Positions 1-15,972 of a stretch of DNA of 64,000 bases are shown here, piece after piece. The notes beneath the pieces were generated by a model that saw only the letters and a program-made list of their open reading frames with translations, did no database searches and had not been told where the DNA came from. This DNA comes from the human T2T-CHM13v2.0 reference genome, Homo sapiens: the NCBI RefSeq assembly GCF_009914755.1, contig NC_060928.1; one strand, written 5' to 3'. Every line of letters starts with the position of its first letter. Positions within the stretch are counted from its first letter, which is position 1. The translations under genes and the position numbers were made by a program.

Positions 1-1332
1 ATGCCTCTGAAGGCAGATCAGTTAGCTAGTTACCTGGTTATCGAATGACGGTTAGGTTAGTCATCCAGTGCTGTGATGTTGCCAATATGGGTGGAATGGA
101 CAGCCCACCAGTGCACTGAATGTGGACTGTGTTTGGTGGGCCTGCCAAGTCTGAAATGGCCACTGTGGGTGAATCAACACACACATGTGTCCTGACTCCC
201 TGACTCTAAAGAAGGGGCTGGAGCAACTCCCCATGTCTTTGCCGAGCTTTTCCATTCTTAGTCATTTGGCCAGAAAGTGAAAGCTTTTCTTTAGCTATTA
301 TTGTTATTATTTTTGTCTATGCCTGTTGGAGGTTTGGGGTTAAAGATCTGTCTAGCACCCAGTTTGGGATATACATGAAAGATAAGAAGAAACTCAGATA
401 ACTGACCTTCCTCAAGTCCAAAGGTCACTAGTCAGAATTTTTCTTTTTATTAACCATCCTTCTATTCTCTATGTCCATGAGTTTTCAGAGTCTTTTTGTT
501 GTTGTCCATTGACTTGTTTCAGAGTATTAAATTGTATTTAGAACGAAGGATAAGGAAAAACTGAAACTACAAAACTTTGTTCCAGAGCATGCATTTATCA
601 TAGATGTTGAATAATGTTCTTCTTTAAAAACATAATAAAGTGTAAACATATTTTGAGTAATACTTATTTCACTCCAAGAACAATCAGCTTCAAGTCAACC
701 ATTATTTATTACATAAAGAATTAAACCAGGCATTATATGAGACACTAATATTTGTGAAAGATGCAAATGATGCTCTTGAGGATCTTCCTGCTGACAAGGC
801 TAGTGAGAAGAGGAAGTTAGCGAAGAAACAGAAAATTAAATAAATATTGTGCCATAGAAAGGTATATGATAAGAACCAAAAATTTAAAATAACATAAGAA
901 TGGTTTTTAAAAATGTCTCTTAGATAATGTTTTCAACTAATTTATCATCTGAAATGGAATAGAAAATCTATTAATGCTTATGACAATTTAACACGTGTAA
1001 ATTGAAACTGTCTCAGAAATTGAAGATATAAGTTCAGCTTACCCTTAAAAAATTTTGTTTCAATTATTGTGGAAATATTTGCAAATAATTACATATTTAA
1101 AGAACTGTATAGTGAATCAATTTCCCACCGTTTATATTCAATAACTATCTGTGTATGGCCAAGTTTTATTTTCTGTACACTCCCTATTCCCTTTTCCCTA
1201 TCAATATTTCAGAGCAAATTCTAGGCAATTTTTTGAGTCATTCCTTGATGAAAGCACTAATCACTTTTATCTCATGTTTTTTTCTCTTTCTCCTCTTCCC
1301 CACTGGATTCTCTTATAAGAAGAATTTCTGTA

Positions 1333-1368
1333 CACTCATCCACATGCTGCTTTTTGTTTTACTTATAG
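1333..1368 (+). promoter_or_regulatory. Probable 3' splice acceptor of the ADAM29 coding exon (branch-like CACTCAT, polypyrimidine tract, AG at 1367-1368)
   Basis: cactcat...ctgctttttgttttacttatAG|tg lies 180 nt upstream of the ATG. Testis ADAMs of this clade have non-coding upstream exons and one coding exon. Confidence 0.65.
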
Positions 1369-1530
1369 TGCTGCAGCTCTGATGGTTCAACTCTGCCAAA
1401 AGATGGATCTTTAATGATTAGCACTACACACTGACCAACTCAGAAGAAGGAGCCACACCACCTGTGACTCCAGCCCTGACTTCTGCTCTGGACCAGTGTT
1501 TCCATAACAGGGACTTCAAAATCACTGTGA

Positions 1531-4191
<2,661 letters not shown>

Positions 4192-4324
4192 TAATTCCTA
4201 GTATGTTTCTACTTACTCTTCATTGTTTTAAATAATTTGAACGTTTATTTTTTCTGAAAAACTTGACACTTTGTATTTCCTAAAAAAGCCATGGCATATG
4301 TGTGGCATACCAATTTTTAACTTG

Positions 4325-4930
4325 TTGTCTTTCAGCTTCCAAATCCTTTCTTCTTTTTCACTCTACTTTATAGGAACCGTATCTCTGCTAAACCAGACCT
4401 CATCCTATAGAGTTTTGCAACAGGGAGAAAGAATAGGAAATTAGAAATCTGGGAGATCTGTTTTCTTCGTTTATCAGTATTTCCTGAATAATAGGTTTTA
4501 CACTGGTAACAATACTTGATTTTAATCTCCCCCTACTTTTTAAAACTCACTCCAGAAAAACTTCATTGTCTGCTGTCTGCTGTGTTACACTCAGGGTTCT
4601 GGATTCCAGTTCTTTGAGCTCTATGCAAATGTCTCAAACTTCCAGCACTGGCTGAGCAATACCTATTGTTAGAATTCTGAGTGTGAGATCCATGGGGCCA
4701 GTCCTACCATCTTCCAGGTTCAGCTAACTCCAGTCTTTTCCATTTGCTACTTAGCTTCATGAATGGAATCATTTTTTTGCAATTAGTAGTTCATATTTAG
4801 TAGCCAATTAGTAGCGTGGTGTCTACCTTAACTTGTTCTGTTCTTCAATTGCTGTTTACCCAATTACTTATATTTAATTATGTCCCTCCAAAATCACTCA
4901 TGTGGTTTCCCTTTTTCTGACTAAGCTCTT
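4325..4930. mobile_element. Ancient degenerate ERVL-class LTR (LTR33-like)
   Basis: Weak resemblance to recalled LTR33-type sequence. A related segment sits at ~52105-52345 behind the pseudogene. Confidence 0.35.
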
Positions 4931-5156
4931 TATAGTACTAATCTTGATATAAGGATGAAGCAGGAGTGAGAAGGCATCTTATGCTTTATTTTTTAAAATT
5001 TACTTTTAATTTTCAGGGTTTTTTTTTATCATTGCCCTTCACTGTCTCTGGAAAATTACTTAAACTTATAGACAGTTTACCTCAAAATAAGGTGGGATAA
5101 TAATAACAGTTCTCTTTCAACTTCTGGGTTCCTCTGGTTATAAAATGCCATGAAGC

Positions 5157-5219
5157 ACAGCACTATCCACAGCAGCAAAGACATGGACTCAACCTAGGTG
5201 CCCATCAATGGTGAAATGG
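5157..5219 (+). mobile_element. Old L1 (L1PA15/16-L1PB-like) 3' fragment, left part, split by HERV-L
   Basis: cacagcactatccacagcagcaaagacatggactcaacctaggtgcccatcaatgg matches the L1 ORF2 end/3'UTR and resumes at 19549. Confidence 0.8.
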
Positions 5220-5255
5220 TGTATTAGGGTTCTCTAGAGGGACAGAACTCATGGA

Positions 5256-5332
<77 letters not shown>

Positions 5333-5713
5333 GGAGTTTATTAAGTATTAACTCACACAATAACAAGGTTCCGCAATAGGCCATCTACAGGTTGTGGAGC
5401 AAAGAAAGCCCATCCGAGTTCCAAAACTGAAGGAGTTGGAGTCTGATGTTTGAACGCAGGAAGCATCCAGCATAGGAGAAAGATGTAGGCTGGGAGGCTA
5501 GGCCAGTCTCTCTTTTCACATTTTTCTGCCTGCATATATTCTAGCTGTGCTGGCAGCTGATTAGATTGTGGCAACCCAGATTAAGGGTGGGTCTGCCTTT
5601 CCCAGCCCACTGACTCAAATGTTAATCTCTTTTGGCAACACCCACACAGACACACCCAGGATCAATACTTTGTATCCTTCAATCCAATCAAATTGACAGT
5701 AATAACCATTGCA
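5220..5713 (-). mobile_element. MLT2A 3' LTR of HERV-L, containing a (CA)n(GA)n microsatellite at 5258-5328
   Basis: tgtattagggttctctagagggacagaac ... caatccaatcaaattgacagtaataaccattgca. Confidence 0.92.
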
Positions 5714-8700
5714 AGTCCACCCCTTGTCAACTTGAACCCATACACATCTCTTGAGATCATGCATAATCTTCAAATAAAGACAATAATACAGTCATAATTA
5801 TGCCTAAAATAATACAACTATCCTTTGTACAACTGGAAACGCACCAATCTCCAATCCAAATACTATTACATAAAATTAACAATACTTAAATGCTGATATG
5901 AAGTCAATAAATCTTGTCACATGATAAATGAGAAAAGAAATAAAATGAAGATATTTTCTTAGTACAAGTGTATACATGCACAAAAACGTTTTCAACAAAA
6001 GAAAGAGGAAATACTCATGACAATTTCAGTCCTCATTTCTGCAGCTGGTCACGTGGTCATGGCTGGTATTGATGACTACCTTCTACTACCCATTCTGTAT
6101 TCCCTTTGCCTTTGGCAAGCACCTCAGCAGGCCCTTTTATTTTTTTTTAATTTCCCTGGTGGAGTGACCCAAACCTTCATTCCTGTGGGGTCTGGTCATT
6201 TGTAGTCTTGCCTGGATTGGGCTGTTGTAGTTTCCCATTTACCTTAATCACAGAGCATGGTAATACTAAGAGACGCCCTAATGGATCTCCTGTTTTCCAT
6301 GCATACTCTTCCTTACCTCCATTGTGGAGTAATAGACTGATTTCCTCTTAATAGTCTGGGTAAATCACCCCAGCCAACACTGTAACTCCCTTCTTAGCCT
6401 GTTGACTTAAAGTAGGAGGAGCCCAAAGTGTCCAGGTGGCGATCTTCATTTCCAGTTTAATGGAATCGTTGTTGTGTATCCTGGTGGCAGCATTCCTCCC
6501 TCTGGAACGAAGACCTCTGGGCCAGCAGAACGTAATGTCATGGAAACAGGAAGCAAAAATTTTGCTAGTGGATCACTATGGGTAATGGTGAGTGGTGTCA
6601 CTTCCACCCCTTGATTCCTTGAGCCATGAATCCTGCCTACAGGAGAAACAGTACCATATATCGGATGCTGATTCAGAGCACATACAGCCTTGTGGAGAAC
6701 TTTGTCCCAGTCATGAAAAGTATAGTCACCTAGTTGGCATTGTAATTGTGACTTCAAAAGGCCATTCTACCATTCTATCAATCCAGCTGCTTCAGGATGA
6801 TGGGGAACACGGTAAGACCAGTGAATTCCAGAAGCATGAGCCCACTGCTACACTTCTTTAGTTGTAAAGTAAGTGCCTTGGTCTGAGGCAATGCTGTGTG
6901 GAATACCACGATGGTGGATAAGGCATTCTGTGAGTCCACAGATGGTAGTCTGGCAGAAGCATTGCATGCAGGATAGGCAAATCCATATCCGGAGTGTCTA
7001 TTCCAGTGAGGGCAAACCTCTACTCTTCCCATGATGGAAGAGGTCCAATATAATCAACATGCCACCAGGGAGCTAGCTGATTACCCTGAAGAATGGTGCC
7101 AAATAGAGGGCTCAGTTTTGGTCTCTGCTGCTGGCAAATTGGGCACCCAGCTGTGGCCTTAGCCAAATCAGCCTTGGTGAGTGGAAGTCCATGTTGCTGA
7201 GCCCATGCATAACCTCTGTCCCTACCACCATGGCCGTTTTGTTCATGGGCCCATTGGGTGATGATGGGGTGGCTGGGGAAAGAGGCTGGGTGGTGTCCAC
7301 AGAAAGAGTCATCTTATCCACTTGATCATTAAAATCCTCATCTGCTGAGGTCACCTGTTGGTGCACTCACATGGAATACAAATATCTTCACAGTTTTTGA
7401 CCACTCAGTGAGTTCCATCCACATACCTCTTCCCAAATTTCTTTGTCACCGACTTTTCAATCATGCTTCTCCCAAGTCCCAGACCATCCAGCCAAACCAT
7501 TGGCTACAGCCCGTGAATTAGTATATAATTGCACATCTGGCCATTCCTCCTTCTATGCAGATTGCACAACCAGGTGCATTGCTTGAAGTTCTGTGCACTG
7601 GGAATACTTCCCTTCAGGTCTATGCTTCAGAGATGTCCTAGAAAGGGTCTGCAGTGCTAGAGCTGTCCACTTTCGGGTGATGCCTGCATATCATGAAGAA
7701 CCATCTGTGAATCAGGCCCTAGTCTTCTCTTCCTCTGTCAACTGATCATAGATAACTCCCCATGAGGCCATTGGTGCAGGCTGGGGAAGAGAAGGCAGGG
7801 TGGCAGGAGTGGAGACCATGGGCATTTGAGCCACTTCCTCTTGTAACTTACTTGCGCCTTCAGGACCTGCTTGAGCCCGATCACATACATACCACTTCCA
7901 TTGATAATGGAATGCTGCTGTGCATGACCTAATTTATGGCTAAATGGGTCAGAAAGCACCCAGTTCATGAAAGGCAGTTCAGGTCACATGGTGACTTGAT
8001 GACCCATAGTCAAACATTCAATTTCCACCAAAGCCCAGTAGCAGGCCAAGAGCTGTCTCTCAAAAGGAGAGTAGTTATCTGCAGAAGATGGCAGGGCCTT
8101 GTTCCAAAATCCTAGGGGCCTCTGCTCTGATTCACCTATGGGGGCCTGCCAAAGGCTGCGAACAGCATCCCTATCAGCCACTGACACCTCAAGCACCACT
8201 GGATCTGTGGGGTCATATGGCCCAAGTGGCAGAACAGCTTGAACAGCAGCTTGGATCTCTTGCAGAACCTTCTCCTGTTCTGGATCCCACTCAAAACTTG
8301 CAGCTTTTCGGGTCACTTGATAAATGGCCTGGAGTAACACACCCAACTGAGGAATGTGATGCCTCCAAAATCCAAATAGGCCCACTAGGTGTGGTGCCTC
8401 TTTTTTGATTGTAGGAGGGGCCAAATGCAGCAACCTATCCTTCATCCTGGAAGGATTATCTCGACAGTCCCAACATCATTGGACCCCTAGAAATTTTACT
8501 GAGGTAGAAGGTTCCTGAATTTTAGTCAGATTAATTTCCCATCCTCTGGCATGCAAATATCTCACCAATAAGTCCAGTGTGTTTGCTACTTCTTGCTCAC
8601 TGGCTCCAATCAGCATAATGTCACCAATGTGATGGACCAGTGTGATATCTTGTGGAAGTGAAAAGTGATCAAGGTATCTCTGAATAAGATTATGACACAA

Positions 8701-9399
8701 AGCTGTAGAATTGACATACCCCTTAGGTAGAATAGTAAAGGTATATTGTGAGCCTTGCCAACTGAAGGCAAATTTCTTCTGGTGGGGCTTTGGACAGGAA
8801 TGGAGAAAACAAATTTGCCAATTCAATGGCTGTGTATCAGGTACCAGGAGATACCAAGACCAGCTCAGCCGAGGAGACCCCAGCCCAGCAGCGCTAGAGG
8901 AATTGAAGACAAAGACACAGAAATAGAGTGCAAAGTGAGAATCAGGGGGCTAACAGCCTTCAGAGCTGACAGCCATGAACAGAGTTTGACCCACATATTT
9001 ATTGATAGCAAGGCAGTGATAAGCATTGCTTCTATAGATTATAGATTAACTGAAAGCATTCCTTACGGGAAACAAAGCTTTCTTAGTGAGGAGAAGAGAA
9101 ATAAGCTTTGGCTGATTATCTGCAGCAAAAATATATTGTTAAAGTACAGGCCACTCCTGCTGTTGTTTGTGGTTTGAGCAGTTTTCCACTCCGGGTGGGC
9201 CAGGTGTTCCTTGCCCTGCTCCAGTAAACCAACAACTTCTAGCAGTGTGTGTGATAGCCATCAAGAGCATGTCACATTGCTGCAGAAATCCTGTTTCTGG
9301 CCAGTTTCTTTAAGGCCCGTTTGTGACAGGCTTAGGGATTGTTCCCAGCATGTCTGCCTTTCTGTTTTTGCAAAGCAATAAAGGCAAAGGCAGCTTTTT

Positions 9400-10990
9400 C
9401 ACAGTGGGCTACTTCTTGCAGAATTTAGGATCCGCATCTGCAGACTACACAAAGACAACACCAATTAAAAGCACAATCATCATTGAAATCACAGAGCCTC
9501 CGAGTGTCTTGGTCCGTTTTAACCAGTTAATAGCTGCTAATCCATCTGCAGCTCCTTCAAACACTTCAGTTCCTGGCATTAGCGTCAGATGTGCCTGAGA
9601 GGCTTGAAATACTTGTTCCTTCAGTTTTGCAATATCCAAAGATAAATTTCCAGTATGACCCTTTAAATGTCTCTTAATTATTTCCCACTCATGCTCTGTT
9701 TCATTATACAAATGAGGAGTAATGCAAAAATCAGAAGTATTCCAGTCACATTGTAACTGTATTCTATATTCTAAACTACTTACTCGATCTCCTAGCCACA
9801 TTACAATTTATCGGAGATCATTGATTTGATTAGCTAGTTTCAGGTCTATATTAGTTTGGGAATTCCACAGCAGAGTAGAATTTAAAAAAAAAAATTTTTT
9901 TTTTTTGTATTTATTGATCATTCTTGGGTGTTTCTCGGAGAGGGGGATGTGGCAGGGTCATAGGATAATAGTGGAGAGAAGGTCAGCAGATAAACACATG
10001 AACAAAGGTCTCTGGTTTTCCTAGGCAGAGGTCCCTGCGGCCTTCTGCAGTGTTTGTGTCCCTGGGTACTTGAGATTAGGGAGTGGTGATGACTCTTAAC
10101 GAGCATGCTGCCTTCAAGCATCTGTTTAACAAAGCACATCTTGCACCGCCCTTAATCCATTTAACCCTGAGTTGACACAGCACATGTTTCAGAGAGCACG
10201 GGGTTGGGGGTAAGGTTATAGATTAACAGCATCCCAAGGCAGAAGAATTTTTCTTAGTACAGAACAAAATGGAGTCTCCTATGTCTACTTCTTTCTACAC
10301 AGACACAGTAACAATCTGATCTTTCTTTCTTTTCCCCACATTTCCCCCTTTTCTTTTCGACAAAACTGCCATCGTCATCATGGCCCGTTCTCGATGGTTG
10401 CTGTCTTTTTGGAGCAGTTGGGTACACCTCCAGAAATGCTGTCACTTCACACTTGGAAGATTGCACAGCAGCCAGGCAGAGGCGCTCCTCACCTCCCAGA
10501 CAGGGCGGCTGGGAAGAGGCGCTCCTCACTTCCCAGACGGGAATTCCACAGAAGAGTAGAATTTTTCTGCCAATTATTTACATAGTCTGCTGTTTGTACT
10601 GTGGAATGCTAAGAAACTCCAGCTACCATGGCAGTAGCTGTGACAGCAATCAATCACATAATGATTAAAATTAAAGTAGCAATGAAACACCAAGAGCGCC
10701 TCAAAATCTTTTGAAGAATTTCAGTAATAATATGCACAGAAGGAGAGACTTCCAAAGGATGGGAAATTCTTACAGGTATCCATACTCCTTCTCAGGCTCT
10801 TACCGCTAAAATAGAATGATCAGTATTATACAAGGAAGAATTCACACAAGAAGACAATATACATTATTAACAAGTCACATGATGATTAGTGAGATCAAGT
10901 TTTAAATCACCCACTACAAGCAGGAAAGAGGCCTCATTATCAGTCTCGACATGGTTGCAACTGGGGAGTCTTCGGGGTGCCTCCCAAATC
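9400..10990 (-). pseudogene. HML-3 env remnant (most of SU missing, TM interrupted by SVA)
   Basis: TM motif WLGDRVSSLEYRIQLQCDWNTSDFCITP (9445-9801) and a fusion-peptide-like [22 protein letters not shown] at ~10620-10690. Confidence 0.8.
9884..10538 (-). mobile_element. 5'-truncated SVA (older A/B-like): SINE-R plus ~2 VNTR units and poly(A)
   Basis: T-tail followed by tttattgatcattcttgggtgtttctcggagagggggatgtggcaggg (SINE-R), and VNTR units gaggcgctcctcac(c/t)tcccagac. Flanked by a direct repeat at 9858-9883 / 10539-10564. Confidence 0.92.
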
Positions 10991-13533
10991 TCTTCCTCAG
11001 CATCTGGCTCATGATAAGGTTTCAGGTGTCTTGATGGTATCCAAATTGGCTGCTAGTTTTGGCCTGGAGAAACACAAGCATAACCTCTACCCCATATTAT
11101 TTTACCTATTTCCCAACTTTTTGTTATTGGATCTCTCCACCAAACCGGTTGTTCTGCTTCTGTCTTTGCTGCTGGTTTCTGTAGATGCTGTTCAGTTGCT
11201 GATAGCATCTGGCCTTTAGATAGGCTCAAAAAATTTAAAGTCAATAATGCTAGATTCAATTGCATATGTGGAGTCCCATATTCACTGTTTCCCCCTTTTT
11301 GTTTTTGTAACTACTGTTTTAGGGAGAGATTCATTCTTTCCACAATGGCTTGTCCTTGTGAATTATATGGGATGCCAGTAATGTGTTTAATATTCCTTAC
11401 AGAGAAAAATGTAGCTAGAGCTTGGCTAGTATAGCCTGAGGCATTGTCCGTTTTAACTGAATCTGGAATGCCCATGACTGTGAAGCATTTCAGAAGATGC
11501 CATTTAACATAGGCAGAAGATTCCCATTTGGCAGGAGCCCAAACAAACTGAGAAAATGTATCTATACATATATGTACATAAGCCAATTTACCAAAGGAAG
11601 GAACATAAGTGATATCCATTTGCCAAAGAGAATTAAGTTCCAATCCTCGAGGATTAATTCCTCTTGTAAAAGATGAGGAATGCACCATTTGGCAAGTTGG
11701 GCATCACTGGATAATAGCTTTAGCTCATTTCTGGGTTATGCTGTATCTGTGTTTGAGACCAGAGGTGTTAACATGGGTTAAATTGTGAAAGTGTTTAGCA
11801 TTAGATAATGCAGTAGCAACTAGACAATCAGCCATTTGAGTCGCTGCAGTCAAAGGTCCTGGAAGAGATATATGAGCCCTAATGTGAGTGATGTAAATAG
11901 GGTACATTGTACTCCTAACTGCTGTTTGCAATTGGGTAAGTAAAGTCATCAGTTGCTCATCTGTGTAGAATCGTAGCTGAGCATTTTCAACTAACTGTGT
12001 AGAATGAACCACATATGAAGAATCAGAAATTACATCAACAGACATCTCAAAAGCAGTCAGCACCTCAATTACAGCTACCAGCTCCGCTTTTTGAGCTGAA
12101 GTATAGGATGTCTGGAAAACTTTGCTTTTTGATCCAGAATAAGAAGCTTTACCATTACTAGATTCATCTGTAAAAACATTTTCAGCACCTTCAATTGGTT
12201 TAAATTTAGTTATTCTAGGGAGAATCCAATGAGTTAATTTCAAATATGGAAATAATTTTGTTTTCAGAAAGTGATTATCAAGAACACCTATGAAATCAGC
12301 TAAATGGGCTTGCCAAGTAAGACTATTTATAAAGGCCTGTTGTATTTGTGCCTTCGTAAGAGGGACAATAATTTTTCCATGGTCATATTCATGTAATTTA
12401 ACAATTTGAGTTCTCCCATTTCCTATCAGAGTAGCAATTTGATCCAAATAAGGAGTTAGAGTCTGTGAATTAGTATGTGGATGAAAACGCCATTCTACCA
12501 AGTCCTGCTCTTGAACAATAACACCAGTAGGTGAATGCTGAGTTGGAAAAATCAATAAGTCTAAAGTCTTTTCTGGATCTATTCTATTTATTTGAGCTTT
12601 ATGCACTTGCTTCTCAATCAGCTGTAACTCTGCCTGAGCCTCCTTTAATTGCTGAGGGCTAGTGAGACTAGGATCTCCTATAAGGATAGAAAATAGATTA
12701 CTTATGGCATAGGTAGGAATGCCTAGAGCAGATTGTATCCAATTAATGTCCCCTAGTAATTTTTGAAAGTCATTTAATGTTTTCAGTTGATCCCTATGTA
12801 TGGTTACTTTCTGTGGCACAATGGTAGTGCCATTTACTAAGGTCCCCAAGTAGGAGTAAGGGGTAGTAGTCTGAATTTTGTCAAGAGCTATAATTAAATT
12901 GGCATGAGAAATCGAGTTTTGCAAGTGATCATAACATTAGAGTAATATTTCCCGAGTGGGGGCAGCACAAAGAATATTATCTATATAACGAATAATGTAA
13001 CAATTTGAAAATTTTTTATGAGTAGGTTCAATTGCTTGTCCTACATAAGTCTGACAAATTGTTGGACTGTTTAACATGCCTTGTGGCAACATTTTCCAAT
13101 GAAAATGCTTATCAGATTGCAGGTTGTTTACCGCAGGAATTGTAAATGCAAACCGTTCATAGTCTTGCTCAGCTAAGGGATAGTAAAGAAACAGTCTTTT
13201 AAATCCATGACTATTAAAGGCCAATTTTTTGGAATCATAGCAGGAGAAGGCAATCCTGGCTGCAAAGCGCCCATAGATTGTATAACTGAATTAATGGCTC
13301 TAAGATCTGTCAACATTCTCCATTTACCTGATTTTTTTTTTTTTAAATAACAAAGACTGGAGAATCCCAGGGGGAAAATGTTGGAGCTATGTGTCCTTTT
13401 TCTAATTGTTCAGTAACTAAGTCCTCTAAAGCCTCCAGTTTCTCTTTACTCAGCGGCCATTGTTCTGTCCAAATTGGCTTATCTGTTAACCATTTTAAAG
13501 ATATAGGTTCTGGAGGCTTAACAATGGCTGCCA
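10990..13533 (-). pseudogene. HML-3 pol (RT, RNase H, integrase), disrupted
   Basis: [17 protein letters not shown] (degenerate YxDD), SAQKAELVAV, WQMDITY, KTDNASGY and GQAIVER, split over several frames. Confidence 0.9.
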
Positions 13534-14400
13534 TCAAAAATGATATCCTACACCTTGATGAGGATTCTGTCCTTCTGCTTGAAGTGGTTTCTTTAACCCT
13601 TGTAAATTTTTTCCTAATCCCATACCAGGGACATACCCCATTTCATGCATCATATGTTGACTTTGAGGGCTATATAGTTGTTCTGGAATTAACGCTTGTG
13701 CTCCCCATTGCTGTAATAAATCTCTTCCCCATAAATTTATAGGTACAGAAGTTATAATTGGTTGAATAGTTCCAGGTTGTCCATCGGGCCCTTCACAATG
13801 CAAAATATAACTGCTTTGATATACTTCAGGGGCTTTACCAACTCCAACTATGTTAAATCGAACGGGTGGAATTGGCCACATGGATGGCCAGTGCTGTAGA
13901 GAAATGATTGAAATGTCTGCTCCTGTATCTACCAATGCTTTAATTTTTTTCCCTGAATAGTTATTTCACAGGTAGGACGTTTATCAGTAATTTGATTCAC
14001 CCAATAAGCTGCTTTGCCTTGTTTATTAGTGCTTCCAAATCCTCCTGTTTGTTTAGTTTCACTTTTCCCCATTTCCACATATGGCACAATCAGGAGCTGT
14101 GATATGCGCTCTCCTGGCCCTGCTTTCCAGGGAACAGAAGTAGATATAACAATTTGAATTTCCCCATTGTAATCTGAATCAATGACTCCTGTTTGCACTT
14201 GTACCCCTTTTAAATTTAAACTAGACCTGCTTAGAAGTAATCCTACTGTCCCTGCTGGCAAGGGTCCACAGACTCCTGTTGGCACTTTTTGAGGAGGTTC
14301 CCCAGGCAGAAGGCTCACAGCTTTTGTACAGCATAAATCTACTGCAGCACTACCAGTTGTGGTGGGGGACAGGCATTGTACAGGGGTGAGGGAATGGCCT
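13534..14400 (-). pseudogene. HML-3 dUTPase-protease, frameshifted
   Basis: dUTPase motifs GLLLSRSS, GVIDSDYNGEIQI and GGFGST; protease VDTGADIS and NLWGRDLL; G-patch [11 protein letters not shown]. Confidence 0.88.
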
Positions 14401-15972
14401 GAGCTGGGAATGCCCCAGTTTGAACCGGGGCCTGGGACAGGCCCCTCATGGCATTTCCTGAAATTGGGTTCCCATCTTTATCAAACTTACAGTGACACTG
14501 ATTAGCCTAGTGTTTTCCTTTTCTACATTTTGGACATATTTCAGACTCAGCAGTTTTCTTTTTTCCCCCAACTGGCGGCCTGACTTGCTGATTTTTTCTA
14601 CATTCTTTTTTGGTATGACCATGCTTCCCACAGTTAAAACAAGCTCCAGGAAATGGGGTATTTCCTTTACCCACCCTCAGTCCTGCCATTGCCTGGGCTA
14701 GCAGAGTAGCCTTAATGCAGATTACCTCCAAAACCATCACAAGCTTTAATATAGTCAACTAAATGTGCTTTTGCTGTAATAGGTCGCAGAGTGGCTTGGC
14801 ACTCAGGATTGGCATTGTCGAAAGCTAATAACCGCAACACTATATGCTGAGCAGCTGAATCTGCAATCACCTTTTTAAGAGACTCCTGTAACTGAGCTAT
14901 AAAATCCGCATACGGTTCTTTTGGTCCCTGTTTGACAGCACTAGAGGAAGGGTATTGTTCTCCTCCTGAAGTGATTTTTTTCCCAAGCTCTAATGCACAC
15001 TGCTCTAAGCTGCTCTATGGCATCATCCTGCATGACCACTTGTGCATCTAAACCAGCCCAGCCGCTGACCCCCAAAAGTTGGTCTGCAGTTATATTAATT
15101 TGAGGTTGGGCCTGGACATTGTGAGCAGCCTGAGTGGAACCTTCCTCTGCCCACCAAGTTTTAAATTGTAAGAACTGAGCAGGAGTTAGACAAGCTCAAG
15201 TAAGAGCACCCCAGTCAGTAGGAGTCATCTGACTGAAGACAGCAACATTCTTTAACAGTCTCATTACAAAAGGAGAACCTGGTCCATATTGATTAATAGC
15301 TTGTTTAAATTATTTAAGTATTTTAAAAGGAAAAGGCTCAAATGTAGCTATAATATTCCCCTGTTGATCAGGTCTATGTATTCTAACAGGGAACTGTCAA
15401 GCATCTATATCACCCTCTCGTCTAGCTTGCTGGATTCCTGCCTGAATAGAACTGAGAGTGGTCGCTTGAGGCGCTGCTCGAACAGTCACTAGGGCAACTA
15501 CTTGTTGCCCAGTGTCCTCTGGAAAAGAAAGATCTGGAGGGTCAGGCCACTCCTTTTCTTCAAAATAATGAGGGTGTGCAGAGGAGTAGGGACAAACCTC
15601 TCCCTCCTTTACCGCTTTAGTTGGCAAGCAAACCTGCTCTGGTACTTCATTATACTCTCCTTCTTCCTCTGATTCCTTCTCCTCATCATCTGTGTGGAAA
15701 GGCTCCAAGGCTGAACGAATCAGAGCCCATACTGACCAGACAGTTATAGGAATATCCTCAGCACCATCCTTATATGCCTTTTTCAGTGTGCTGCCTACAT
15801 TTTCCCAGACCTCTACATTCATAGTTCCTCAGTCCAGAAACCAGGGGCAATATTTCTCTACTGCACTAAAAAGCTGTGTAAGTCAGCTAGTGATAACTTT
15901 CACTCCCCCTTTTCTGAGGAGCTTCCAAAGCAGACTCAAATAAGCCTTGTGCCTGCTCAACCCTTGTCCCAT
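14400..15972 (-). pseudogene. HML-3 gag, frameshifted (MGQG start, two CCHC zinc knuckles)
   Basis: ATG GGA CAA at 15972. CFNCGKHGHTKKEC and CPKCRKGKH appear in ORF 14507-14758. Confidence 0.85.

Noticed and set aside
1-260. GC-richer segment with a 64-aa minus-strand ORF
   Set aside because: No recognizable domain; probably intronic repeat-derived sequence.
11725-12924. 399-aa HML-3 pol ORF as a domesticated gene
   Set aside because: It is a fragment lacking the RT catalytic core (YIDN lies in another frame), and the RNase H motif is degenerate (FTDES); the length is compatible with neutral decay.
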